Assembly: GCA_022813965.1 (NCBI GenBank)
Contig: JALDZS010000012.1
Span: forward strand, 186,001-241,807
Source of the DNA: Toensbergia leucococca
Taxonomy: Eukaryota
Length of the DNA stretch: 55,807 bases
Direction of reading: 5' to 3'
The notes beneath the pieces were generated by a model. That model was not told where the DNA came from. It saw nothing but the letters and a program-made list of their open reading frames with translations, and made no database searches. Positions 36,829 through 49,916 of the stretch are shown here, piece by piece (positions within the stretch are counted from its first letter, which is position 1; every line of letters begins with the position of its first letter). The translations under genes were made by a program, and so were the position numbers.

Positions 36829-38609
36829 ACACTTTGACACCTCGCACAAGGAAGTAAAAGACTTGATAGATTGGAAAAAATGCGCCGTGTCTCACTGAGA
36901 TATTCGAACATTCATGTGAAATATGCAGATCATTTACAAGCAAGCAAAGTCATATTAAGCCTAGTTCGATAAGGAGTTTCCAACAAGAATAATCCGATGA
37001 CTTCGGTGAAGAAGAATGCAAATCTTGATCAACCTAAATGATGAACGCACCTACAAAACGTCAGCTCCCTAGGAAGTGAACAAGACTGCTTGGAGTGAGT
37101 CGGGCCCGCTGCTCGCCGGTTCAATGAGTTGTCCACGGGCAGCTGAAGCTGTGGCGGGATGAGGGTGCCGATGAATGGAAGCTCAGCATGGAAAGTGGTC
37201 CTCACATTCCAGGGGATCAGCAAAGTAGGATTTAGTAGTGTCGCGGGATGGTTGTCAATGTGTTGGTGTGACCAAGGTTGGTAGGTTGATTTAAGGTATC
37301 AGTCTAGCAGTTGAGCCCACCCGAGTTTCGGGACGGAGCTTCGGGGTGCGGAAACTATCGGTCGAGGTAATTTTGCAGCTTGGCCCGTGCACGCTCAGGT
37401 AACAGGGGTTGATCATCCATTGCATACTCATAGGATTCCACCCTGTTCACTACTATGCGAGACGCTCTACCGGAATAGGTAACTCAGTCATACCTGGACG
37501 GCATGAGTAGGTACGTGTGGTACTGTGCCTGCCACCATAAGTACCCACTCCAGTTCGAGTGGCACAACGATGATCTTATTCTAATGCACTCCTGTAAGAT
37601 TGCTTTTCCGGCTGAAGTCCGGCCCGGCTCACTAGATACCAATGCAGCACTCATGCACCTACATTAGTGGCCATACCGTAATGTCGTGCATGAGATTGCT
37701 AAGAAGTGGTCCAATGCCCACTTCCAATTCCAACATGACGAGACTGTGAAATTACATGTCTTCTCTAGAGTCTGGAATCGCTGCCACACACTGTTTTATC
37801 ATCCCGACCCGCGTGAATGAGTGGCACGGACTGTGGGTCTGAAAATTCAGCTTATCCAACAGATTAGGATCATCAATGATCCTGAGACAATTTGCGATGT
37901 TGGTATCGTTCAGTATCTATCATCATGGCCCTTTGGAACGGAAGGACGAAAGCGGCAAAAGTAAAAGAATAAACACGTACATGGGAGTGCTGGATGGCAA
38001 TACCGTTCTCCATGAGAATCCTTCCAGGCTTCTCCTTGACTGTTCCGGCTTGATAGTACATGGCTTCCATGCATGTTCTAGTTTCATGCGCCGCACAGGA
38101 TTGATGCTTCTTGCTGCTTCCCAGCTCAGCTTTTTGACTGCTAAGATCACACACATCTAAGCATCATTTGATCTTGGCCACACCCTCAACATCTCCGCTT
38201 TGCTGCTAATCTCAACCCAAGCTCCGATTGATGATCAATGAGGTATGCAAATGCTAAATGGCGATAAGCAGCTCGGTCGGTTCCGATCAATTCAAGCTTC
38301 GGACTGGTCATATGTTCTCTTAGCATGGCCAAACCTGTTAGCAGAGACTCATATACTGTTAGACTGTAACGTAGGATGCGTAAGCCTTGCGATGTGAGCC
38401 ACAAAGTTTATCCAATTTCGTGCTGCAGCTTCTCATTACGAGGATGCCGGCACTGGCTATCCCTTCAATGACTCTGCCACTGTACAGACCGTGCCATCCA
38501 CTTTGCGTCATTGTGGTCTATTTTACTGCAAGATGTAGCCACTGGATTGTATCACTTACAGTGTCTTCATGTGTATGGCATAGCTTTAGCCATCAAAAGT
38601 TCTCCCACA

Positions 38610-39789
38610 ATGGTTCTCAATCTCGATATCTTTCAAGCCCATGTGCTTCTCTCTCAAACTCTGCCTCTCTCTTCAATATGGAAGTTGATTCTTGTTCTTC
38701 TGCTTCTTGCTAATCTCAAGAATTTGCCATTCGTATGGCATGTAAGTTTCCCAGCCTCTCTTGATGCACCAACTCTACCTTCATCTAACGCATCCATTCC
38801 CCCAAGATTCGCTTGCTTAATGCCTTCCGGTATGTGCTACGTTCTCAGCGCTCTAGGCCTGCTCTATCAGTCGATCAGCTCTTTCAACCCATAATTACTT
38901 CCTCCCGCAGTTCTCTCATAGAGATTGACTATAATATCCATAGTACGTGCTCCATCTCAAGTTGTTCTTTTTGTTACTCTCGTAGGCAGCACTTGTTTAT
39001 ATTCTGGTAGAATCCAACAGCACCTACTTTTCTGATCTAGACATCACTCGGTCTCACCTTATATGCACTTTATTTTCCGTAGGAGTCGAGCAAGCCAGAT
39101 ATAACAAATCCAATGGAATAATAGGCGGCGGAAATGCAAAATTCGGAGTCATGCTGGGAGCAGTAAGCTGCTCTTTCAGGAGAGAAGTCAAGCCATACCA
39201 GCGGTACGAAATGTGGACGCGAGTACTGTCCTGGGATCGTAAATGGTTATATCTCGTCACACACTTCGTACAAAAAGACGCAGCGAGACTGAAGTCATAC
39301 GCTTTGTATCCATTTCAGAAAGACAAGGCGAGTAACCTGAAGCTGGATAGGAAGGACGATGCCATATTCGCCTCCGCTCTGAGCAAATGCGTATTCAAGA
39401 AAGGTCGCTTAACCATTCCTCCCGAGGTCATGCTGCAGGCCTCTGGTCTACTTCCACCTAAACCTGCAGATACTGCAGTTCTTCAAACAGAGCCTCCGTC
39501 TACGACCCTGACGCCGGGGCTAACCAGTGATACACCGATTCAGGTAGTAGAAAAGTTGGACGCTATCCTTGAGGCAGCTGAAAATCGTCTCTTTCACGAA
39601 GCAGCTGGACTAGAAGAAAAGCTCGTAGAAGGACCACAGAAACAGAGTGCTGAACAATACACGTGGGAGAAGGTGGAAGATGAGAGAAGACGAGGCATGG
39701 AGATTGCAAAATTGCTTGCGGGTCTAGATAGATTAGAGCAGGAATTCACAGTAGATACGGAGGCTTTGGGGAGGCACGGAGACCTGTGA
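38610..39789 (+). CDS. Hot-dog-fold thioesterase, THEM6/lcsJ-like family (3 exons)
   Basis: N-terminal TM plus NLKNLPFVWH|IRLLNAF; EIDYNIHKSNSTYFSDLDITRSHL; LGAVSCSFRREVKPYQRYEMWTRVLSWDRKWLYLVTHF; SKCVFKKGRLTIPPE. Confidence 0.85.
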
Positions 39790-40258
39790 TTGTAATATTC
39801 ATGTACAACAACTCACACCACGCTCGAAAAGATACCCATATTATCTTATGGAGTACTTTGAGCCAACGCATACACGATCGGCGTGCCTCCAAAGTTCAAA
39901 CTTGCGCATGTACGTAATTCTGATAACATAGAAATGTCTAGACAGACAGTGTATGTTAGTAAATTCGAAGTGTTCATGCTCCTCGGAAGATCGAGTCATA
40001 GTTGCTCCCAAAGAACGACTGCGCTAGAACACAATTAGCAGGAGTGCCTCACTCGAAATTGCGTTTTTCGCCGGGTGGTCTGCATCAAACCCTAGTTACT
40101 TGCACTTGATTGAATACCCCGCCTTGCCTCATATCCACGGCATGGTAGTTCTATAATAATCCCAGACTGCCGTTATACTGTTTCGCTACTACTTAGCAAT
40201 CGTACATATTTTGTTGCTTGTCCCAGGGTATACATCTCTGGCTCATTACTGTTGTAAA

Positions 40259-42230
40259 ATGTCCGATCAGGAGAGCGTTCAATCAGGTACCGATATGCAT
40301 CTCTCCGGAAATGACGGATTCAAAATAACCATCACTCGGGAAGGGAATCGAGTCTCGAGATCCTTGCACACAACGTCTGAAGATGGCTCAAAATTTAATG
40401 CGAATAGTCGAGAATCTGAAGCAGCAGTCGAAGCAGCCGACTCTGGATCGAATTCACCAGACATGGTGATCGAGAGCCAAACCAGTGACTACCCCAGTTC
40501 ACTGGTACTTGGACTTCTCACTGTGGGCATTTGCTTGTCAGTGTTCCTCGTTTCACTAGACAGGACCATTATTACCACAGTAAGAAACCTAAGCAATGGT
40601 AGATTATCTTTCTAGCTGTACTGACCGTTCTGGAAAGGCCATCCCCCATATCACCGATGAGTTTCACTCGTATGGTGATTTAGGCTGGTATGGTAGTGCG
40701 TACCTCATCACCGCCTGTGCCCTCCAGCCAACATATGGGCGGATCTTCACGTTTTTCGATGTTAAATGGTCTTTTCTAGCAGTGGTGGCAATTTTCGAGT
40801 TCGGTAGTTTGGTTTGCGCCGTTGCGCCGAGCTCTAAGGCACTCATCATCGGTAGGGCCATAGCTGGTTGGGGTAGTGCAGGGATCTTGACAGGATCATT
40901 TGTTGTGGTTGCACACAGCGTGTCCTTGCAAAAAAGACCTCTTTATACTGCCGCTGTAGGAGTAATGTGTGTGCATTCTACCGATTGGTCTTGAATTCTC
41001 GTTTGGACAGTCGCTAATCTGTTGTTTCTCCTTTCTAGGTTCAGTCTTGGTGCTGTTGTTGGGCCCCTCTTAGGCGGCGTCTTCACAGATCTCGTCACAT
41101 GGCGCTGGTGCTTCTACTTCAACCTTCCCATTGGAATCGTTACTGCTGTAGTCATAGTACTGTTCTTTAATCCCAAGAGGAAGACAATTTCCAGCCGCTC
41201 AATCTTGTCGAAAATTTTGGAGCTCGACCTAGTGGGTAGCGCACTACTTCTTGGAGTAGCAGTCATGTTCTTTCTGGCCCTGCAGTTCGGAGATCAACAG
41301 CATCAATGGAGCAGCCCAAAAGTGATAGGATTGCTCACTGGTTCTGGAATCGCTATCATCATGTTTATTGGCTGGCAGTGCAAGCAGGGCGACCGGGCGC
41401 TTATACCTCCAGGCATCATACTCCAGCGCAGTGTTGCTGCTGGATCTCTGGCTGCGTTCTTCATCTATTCCACGATGCTAATCCATGTATACTACCTGCC
41501 AATTTGGTTCCAGGCTATCAAAGGTGAAAGTGCAGTTCATTCAGGAGTCAGCATGGTTGCATACATGATAGGCAATGCCCTTTTTTCTCTGTTGGCTGGC
41601 GCTGTCGTTACCAGGATTGGCTACTTTGCACCACCAGCCATTGTTGGCTGCGCTATTGCAGCAGTTGGGTGTGGTTTGCTCAGTATGCTGCAAGTCAATA
41701 CCCCTTCACCTAATTGGATTGTTTACGAGATCGTGGCTTCTATGGGGCTTGGCATGGCTATTCAACAAGGATTTATTGCTGTGCAGACAGTTCTCCGTGT
41801 TGACCAACTTCCAATCGGTATCGCTGCTATTACGTGCTTCCAGAGCTTAGGTGGCGCTGTTTCCGTATCTGTTGGCAACACTATCCTCCAGAACGAATTG
41901 CTCAATGCAGCCACAACAGACCAATTGCCCGGCATCGACATACAAGCTGTCATCGCCGCGGGAGCCACACAGTTTCGGTCCTTCATACCGGAAAGCGCTC
42001 TTCCCGCGCTACTAATAGCATATAATAACGCGCTGCGGAAGGTCTTCATTACAGCAGTTCCACTTTCTGGCCTGGCATTTTTCTCTGTCCTGGGGTTTGA
42101 ATGGAAGAGTGTCAAGGCGAAGAAATCATCATTGGAAGCTTCTCCAGAAACAACAGATGGCATCAAGGCAGAAGAATCATATGAGACACTTACCAACACG
42201 ATTGACCGCAGAGCGGATTCAATAGGATAA
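40259..42230 (+). CDS. MFS drug:H+ antiporter (DHA2, 14-TM, toxin-efflux type), 3 exons
   Basis: LVSLDRTIITT|AIPHITDEF, GWYGSAY, IIGRAIAG, GPLLGGVFTDLVTWRWCFYFNLPIG, YYLPIWFQAIKG, EWKSVK. Confidence 0.94.
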
Positions 42231-43342
42231 TAGAGCTAAACCCCATCGGTATAGTCTAGCAGAGATATTTTGACTAGAGAACGGAAAGAATTTGTCAAGA
42301 AGATGCCAAAGCACTAATGCAAAGCGCAGCAACACTTTTCGGTCATGACTAGTATCATTTGAATTAGTAACAACAGTGTTCAGCGGTACTTGGAAGTGTT
42401 GAAATATGACATGAGTATAATAATTTCAAGAGAGTGAATGTTTCTTTTCATATACCGGAATTAACGGCGATAGATGGAAGTACGTAGCAATTGACCACGG
42501 GGAGCAACAAGGAAAGGATTGGAGACTTGCCATCCCTACATGTGTCTCGCAACCTCTCAAGTTTGCCTAAACTCGACCTCCAAAGCTTTAATGACCATAT
42601 CTTGGCCACTCAATTGCTCAACTTATCCGTGAAGTCATCGAACCTTTCTTTGTGTGATGTTATTTGGGAAAATGATTGCAGGATATTGAAACAGTCCGGT
42701 TGTCCTTCGAAAAGTCGATATGTTTTGAAGGGGAAGCTCAAAAAGAGGTAGATGTTTCCGCGCGTAAATTGACGGGCACCTTGTCTGTACCTGCTCTGCT
42801 TCCTTAATCATCGTTTTGAGCTCTGCATGTGTTGTCTATATCATTACATAATTGCGGACTTCCTGTGTTTTGCATCTTCACCGCATCCATATAATCCCTG
42901 ACTTACTATCTCCAAGACTCTTTTGTGGCTCCTCTCCATGCCGTGGCTGAGCTTTCTAGAGGGCACCAGTAATTTGACTGTAGAGCACATCTTGAGCTCG
43001 CCCCTCTCAGAGAAATTAGAGTCACCGAGGCCTGATATGACGGATGCTAGATTGCAGTTGACTTCTTGCATCAAAGCCATGGTACAGGGGCCGTGAGGTA
43101 AGATAGGTGGCCGGGTGTAGATGTCATTGATAAAAATTCCTTTGAAGTGCGTAAAAGGGTATTGAAAGTATCTACCTAGTTGACCTTCGTTACGAGAAAT
43201 CCAAGGTAACACGCTACGCTACGCGTATTCTGATCAAATTTACCAAAGTGCTGTAATCAAATGAGAAATTACCATCGCTACCTCGCCGATACACAGTCTG
43301 CTGTTGTCTGTGAGGATATCCTGGGCTTTCGAAGACGCTATA

Positions 43343-45311
43343 ATGGCCGATGTAGAGGACAAAGAAAAAGCAGAAAGGCTTGCAGCGGCAAAGAAACGAG
43401 TATGTGAAATCCCCGGTATTGAAAGTTTACGTGGCTTAGAGAGACTGGGGCAAGTCGAATGAGGTCCGAAGTCCGATGCAGCTCTGACTTTACTGCCATT
43501 ACAGGTCGAGCAACTGAAAAAGCAGAAGGAGAAGAACAAGAAAAGTGCTGAAAAGAAGAAAGATTATCCACTCGAGGCGAAGGCGGCACCTAGTGGAATT
43601 GAAGCAGAACACCATGAGGCGGACATAAGAAGAGCTATAGAAGAGCAGCCTCCTTCGGACCCCAACGAAAAGAATGACAGCCATTCGGGGATTCAATTGG
43701 TGGAAGGGAGTGAGAGTCTACCCAAGCCAAGACATAATCGACAGCCTTCCCTAAGTCTTCAGTCAATGATGCGATCTTCCTCTTTCCGAAGAACTTCAAT
43801 AGGAAATGCTCCTCTCTCCCCCTCCTTATCTGGAACAAAGTCTCAAACTCTTCCGCCACTGACCCCAGAAGGGGATTCAGTGAATGAGATTTATCGTAAA
43901 CAAGCTACGCGTCTCGATGAGCTTGAGGCAGAGAATCGAAAACTTGCCATGGAGTTGAAGGAAACAGAAGGCCGCTTCAGAAACACAGAGGAAGAACTTG
44001 AAGAACTTCGGGAAGCAAACAGCGAGATTGCGGAGTTGAAAACTCGGGCGGAAAGGTCTGACGTGAAAAGCGATGAGATTGACAAACTGGTAGTTGCAAC
44101 ATATTGAGATCCGCCGTTTTCAACTGCATTTACTGACTTGGAGTACATAGAGAGCGGAGAACGTATCACTACAGCGCCAAAATTCCCATTTGCAAACTCA
44201 ATCCTCCAAAAGCACTCGCCGGGTCTCTTCCCCTGGGCAAGTAAGTACCGCCTCTAACACCCTATCCGATCTACAGGCCCAAATGGACTCCAAATCCTCA
44301 GTAATCGAATCAATGGAAATGGAAATCTCCACCCTCCGCTCCCAGCTCGACAAATCCAGCTCCAGCACCACCTCTCACAAAGAACAAGTCTCAGCCCTCG
44401 AAGAAAAGGTCATCCGCGCTGAGCGTGCCGCCGGATCTGCGCAGCGCGAACTCGCCGACGTAAAGAAAAGCCTCGACCGAGCCAGCGAAAAAGCAGTCAA
44501 AGAAGGCTCCGAGCGCATCTCCGTCGAAACCAAAACCAGAAGCCTCGAACGCGAAGCCGAGGACCACAAAAAGAGCGCCTCAGACTCTTTAAAAAGAGTC
44601 GAAACCCTAGAAAAGAAACTAGCAGCCCTAACAACCCTCCACAGAGACGCCGACGCTAGACGCCACGCTGGCGAGCGCGACCGCGAAAGACTCGAAAAAG
44701 AAGCTGCCGACACGAGACGGAAGCTAGCGGCCCTCGAAAACGAAAACCTGCGCCTACGCGAAGAAAAAGAACGCTGGAGGAAAAGAGACGCCAGCGGCGC
44801 CGCCGACGATGACGGCGTGGATGAACTTGAAGACGAAGAGCGCACACGTCTCGAAAGAAAAGTCCGCGCTCTGGAAGAAGAAACCTCTGATCTCCGCCGC
44901 GGCATCTGGCGCGAAAGGCGCCGCACCCTCTCCACCGCAGACTCGGACTCGAGCCCGAAATCGCCCTCGGGAAAATTCGACGACGTGGATCTATCCAGCG
45001 GTCCCCCCGCGGCACCAAGGCGCCAAAGCCTGGCACCCTCGTCTTTTTCCAACGTCCTGAGTAGCGGCTTTAGCGCCTTTACCGGCGGTGGTGGAGGCAG
45101 CGGGGGTGGAAGGGAGAGTTTGGATCTTTTGGACGGGGAGGAGGGGTTTGATGAGGAGGCTTTTCGGGTGGCGAGAGAGGAGGAGGCGAAGGCGAGGATG
45201 GAGCGGGTGAGGGAGGTGAAGAGGGGGTTGAGGGAGTGGGAGGGCTGGCGCATGGATGTTGTTGAGAGCCGGGTTGGGGGTGGAGGCGCGGGGGAGATTT
45301 TTGATGTGTGA
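43343..45311 (+). CDS. Coiled-coil golgin, Bug1/GM130-like (3 exons)
   Basis: N-terminus MADVEDKEKAERLAAAKKR|VEQLKKQKEK, long heptad repeats, C-terminus WEGWRMDVVESRVGGGGAGEIFDV; introns at about 43400-43504 and 44090-44149. Confidence 0.7.
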
Positions 45312-45610
45312 GCTTTTGTGTGTTGGAAGGTGCGAGGATGGGTCTTTTGCGGCTGCGAGGGGCGGAGGGGGTGGGGACAGGATTTTGCAACTTGTGGTTC
45401 GCTTTGCTTATCGTGCGAAACCACACCCGTTGCTGTCCTCATCCACCACCTCATGCTATGACTATCTCCACCCCACACCTTCCAAACTTGGAAATAACCA
45501 CACCCAACCCCTTCGAGTCACTGCCTTTGTCAATCTCCGACATCTTCCAATTCCAATCCAACGAGGAAGATAGCCAAGAATGCTCAACTATATCTTTGGA
45601 ATCCATCTTC

Positions 45611-45670
45611 TTCTCCTTCTCCTTCTCCTCCTCCTTCTCCTCCTCCTTCTCCTCCTCCTTCTCCTCCTCC
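45611..45670. repeat. Pyrimidine microsatellite (TTCTCC)2(TTCTCCTCCTCC)4
   Basis: Direct reading of tandem units; intergenic, between the 3' ends of the golgin gene and MAF1. Confidence 0.9.
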
Positions 45671-46525
45671 CACCACCCCCCCCTCCTATCTCGACACAAA
45701 ACTACAACCACCAAACTGTCCTACGGGAAAACATTCGCTCTCGAGCTCCTACACTAACTCTAGGGCGCGTCAAAACACACTCACAGACCCCGTCCCCAAT
45801 AGTCGCAGCTATCAGATCCGATCTAGGTAATCTATCTCAGCCCCACATATCATGGCACAAAATAAAAAACAAAAATCCAACCCAGAAAAAGGAGGAGACT
45901 TCCACTGTAAACGCTCATCTCCGCTGAAAAAGGGGGGGAAAACATCATCATCATCAAATGGACCGAAATTATCAAGTGTGCGATCCTCCCATTCAGGGAA
46001 CAGCTATATCCCTCCCCCACGGCTCCCTTTTCCACTAATTTCGGATTTTGGGGGGGGTGATTTTTCGTTGTCAAAATCTTTGTTTCACCCATTTGAGGCG
46101 TTCCTCCATCTTAAAAGAACGGCATTTTTTGATCATGACTTGGCAATCGACATCGCACTGAGTGGCATACAGATGTCAAAGTGTTTTGAGACGTGGTGCT
46201 TTACCTATGATTCTCATGGATGTTGATTACTATGCTTGACACCCACTGTGTTTGATCGATTGTTCAAGGTAGAGGGCATGAGGACTCTAGTGACAGGGCA
46301 TGAATTCCTCGAGCTATGAACTGTCATTCTACCTACTTCATTGTTTCAATTATCCTACAACTGCTGTTGAAGTGCCGTCCCCCGCTCGCTTTGGAACGCC
46401 CATCTAAGACAGAAAGATAGACACAACACGCCAGACTTCCTCATCCTAGCGCCGTTTCACATTACCAATCCTATCCTGGCCAAAGTACAAGATCGTAGCA
46501 CGACGCCAAAAAGAAAAAATTACTT

Positions 46526-47679
46526 TCATATCTCCATGGAGTCGGCAATCTCTTCGCTGATGCCTCGGACAGTACTCTTACTCCTGCTCCGACTGAGTAC
46601 GCTCAAAGGGCTTTCCATTTCGTCAGCACTAAACACACACGTCGGCTCATCCCCGTCGTCCACCACTTCTATAACATCGACAACGTCATCTGCTACCTCT
46701 ATTGGCTGAATAGTGTCTTCATCATCTTCACCCCAATCGCCACTGATCTCATCTGCTGCACGATCACCTAGCCAGTACCGGGCTCGCTTAGAGCTTGACT
46801 TTTCACTCCGGCTCCACTCGCCATCAGCACTTCTCTTCGGCCTGATCGGAGTTCTCTGCACAGGGCTGTGACTGATGATGCTTAATCCGCGGAGATAAAT
46901 GTAGCAAACCCTCTTCCTCGCCTTGTTGAAGAAGAAGTAGTTGAAGCTCCAGATCGCACCTTCCTCGCCGTCATATGGGTCTTCTTCGGGTGAATAACAG
47001 TAAATGCTACACTCCTTGAGAGTCATCTCCTCGTCGATCAATCTCCACATTCGAGGACTCCACGCCTCACCCCCGCCTGGTGTTGGTGGTCTAGTTGAAG
47101 TGACGCTGGAGGACCAATGTGACGCGGCGCTTAGGAAGGAGCTCGCCGGCCTAGGCCTTAGGTTGTGCAATGTTGTATCTAGAGTATTCATGACCGACTT
47201 GAGACCCTTTTCTCGGCGAAAGTCGGATGGCCGTAAAAGATGAGAGAAGTCGTAGTCGGGGTGGCTCGCATTTAATGTCGCTATGAGGTACGCAAAGGTC
47301 CGTCGACTGGACACCTGACTCAGCGGCCCAAAAGGACTTGATCTAGATAAATTGAGAGACGGAGCGGCTGAAGCTGCCTCTGGTGGCGAAAGAGAGGCAG
47401 AGAAACGTAAAAGAGACTCATATTGCGACTCGAGCGAGTGTTCGATAGTCTTGTAGAGTTTCTTATCGCTCCCGGCTGCTTTTGTGGTATACAGATCACA
47501 TCCCCCGATCACATGGCAGTCAGCTGTGTCGAAGTTGAGTGCATTCGTAACATCATCGAAATCGCGGAGTGGAAGATACTAGCAATAGCCAAGATCAGCA
47601 AGACTTGCCTTGCAATATGGGGTAATCCACTCGTATTGATTGGGAGGACCAAAGTCATCGTGGTGCGACTTACCTTCAT
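46526..47679 (-). CDS. MAF1: Repressor of RNA polymerase III transcription Maf1 (2 exons)
   Basis: MK|YLPLRDFDDVTNALNFDTADCHVIGGCDLYTTKAAGSDKKLYK; SPFGPLS...SRRTFAYLIATLNASHPDYDFS; WSFNYFFFNKARKRV. Confidence 0.96.
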
Positions 47680-48765
47680 AATGGGCGGTTCATAAGCGCC
47701 ACTTTGAAGATAATTAACAAAAAGAGACTCGAGTAGGCTGTCAAACGGAGAAAGCGTTATTTGAGTGCGCGCGCTGGATGTAAGTGTTGAGGCTCGAGGT
47801 CTGTGATTGGGGTTCTAGTTATCAGATCAGATGTAAATCATTCAAGCTGTACAATGAGTAAATGTTGAAGCTAGCGATACCACAGACCATGTGGATGGAG
47901 TCGTAGGCGGGATTGGGTGTAATCTTTAGTCCGCGACAAACGATCAGGACAACCCTAGGCTGGCTGCGTAGGGCGTTCTGATGCTTGTTGCTTATCTACC
48001 AGACGATTAACGTCTAGCAGAAAAGCAAAGCACTGCGCATTTGCGACATGATAAACTGGGATGATGACTTATGTGATGGACGATGATGAGAGGGGATGTT
48101 GGATTGATGTTGCGACCGGAAGACGAATCGGAGCCAACGACGGATGAAGTTAGTGATATCAGCCACATGGCAGCCACGATCGTCGGCTAGGGTTTATCAA
48201 ATCAAGGAACCAGGCATATCAACTCACAATCCTCTGCATGTCCTCAAAGTAGAACAGGCCTTTCAGCGAAAATTGGAACTTGAGGCCCGGCGAGCTACCA
48301 TAGGGATATACTGAACAATTTCAGGGTGAAATCAGCCATTGCCAGAACTATCCGGTGGACTTGATATGTAGTCCCAATCTGATATTTCATTTTCGATCTC
48401 TTCGAATCTCGGTATTTCACACCAAGAAGCAATGATATTCGCGGCTCTGCTTCAGACCTACCACCACACTGAGAGAAAGGGGTATCTTCTTGGAATCCCG
48501 CTTGCAACACCATGCCAAGGCTCACGACTCTTGAGGACTCCTGTAAATTCAAATGGCAAAAGCAGTGGGGTCCTTCAATAAGTCCATAGCAGCTTCACAT
48601 GAACCCAGCATCGCGAAGTCGATTCCCGATCTCGTTGCTCACCTATTACTCAAACGGAGGATCGTGGTTAGCATAGAATTACTCCGTTCTTGATGCAGAG
48701 AACGCCTTCTCGAAACCCCAATAGCAGCCAAGCATTTAAAATAGTTCGGTCAGAAAAGCTCCTCG

Positions 48766-49542
48766 TTACAACAACTTGGTGACGCCACCATCCTCGACCT
48801 GACGTTCGTGCGGTCACGTCAGTGAATGAAGATAGGATTGACATGAGCTATACAGGTATAGCGAAAACAGTTTCGATGATGACCAACAAAGTCCAAGACG
48901 ACTACTCTCCACTTACCTCCATGTCCTCGAGACTATCTTGCTGGCTGATGCTCCTCAGGACATTCTTCTTGCTACTCTCCTGCATTTCTCCGGCCAACAG
49001 TAACTCATCTAGGATGAAATAGGCTTTCTGGAAGTTGAAGATGATGTCTAGCTCGCACACGTTGCCGTAGTACTTGTCCATCTGTTCGACGTATCGATGG
49101 ACTATCTCCAGGGTGATGAGCTCATTGTCGGTCGAGGAGCAACCGGCGATGAAAAACAGAGAGGCATAACGTCGATAGACTACTTTGGTGTCTAGGTAAA
49201 GACAGGTAATCAGCACGCAAGGCAGCTGACTGCTAATGTCCATTGGCTCTTACCTTTGTATTCGAGGAAATTGCACATGCGGGTTCTTCGAGACAAGACC
49301 AATTGAGAGACATCTTTGATGATCTTGGCCTTCTCTTTGGGAGAGAGTGTGGTGAACCACTTGGCAAGGCGCTTGTTCTCAATCAGCTTTGGGTACAGCA
49401 AAATGGTTGGCGACGAGTTGATTCATACAACTTTCCCCTGTCGTGAGAGTAAGATGAGGTAGCTTTGTATCTGTTAGTACATGAGATAGTCTGTTCCCTA
49501 TCAATCAGGTACGTTTGAGATTAGATCTTACTTGATCGCCAT
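48766..49542 (-). CDS. APS1: AP-1 clathrin adaptor complex sigma subunit (5 exons)
   Basis: MAI...[80 protein letters not shown]; last exon [14 protein letters not shown] at 48766. Confidence 0.93.
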
Positions 49543-49916
49543 GCGTGGTATTCTGATGACAAGAAGACAGAAGACGGAAATAAATCAAATCTTGAATGAA
49601 TGTGTGCATCGGAGTGGAAAAACGCTTCGGGCAAACCATTTATGCAGAACCCCGCCTCCCGCCATGCATTTTCCACAATACGACTTTGATATCAATCCCA
49701 TTATGTTATTGTTCCTCGATATTGCTGCCTTATTGATGAAACACAATAGGCCAACGCCCAAGTGAATGGATTCAAAGCTGATTTTCTAAAGCCTAATCAA
49801 TCTGTGCACTAGAAACTCTCATGGCCCTGGACGTCTGACACCTAATGTTTTAGGAGCTACCAATGTACGGAAGACTTACTTAAAACTCTCCACCAAATTG
49901 ACTTCTAGAAGCCGTT

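Noticed and set aside
36830..38600. Possible missing core enzyme or transcription factor in the 1.8-kb gap inside the cluster
   Set aside because: Only short ORFs without Zn2Cys6, KS or adenylation motifs; no spliceable model found.
44375..45478. 367-aa minus-strand ORF
   Set aside because: Antisense shadow of the coiled-coil golgin exon; Ser/Arg-rich translation with no motifs.
45451..45927. Poly-Leu, poly-Ser and EEEK ORFs
   Set aside because: Translations of the pyrimidine microsatellite.
47950..48196. Telomere-like AACCCTAG / CTAGGGTTT motifs upstream of MAF1
   Set aside because: Isolated single copies, not a tandem array; too short to support a call.
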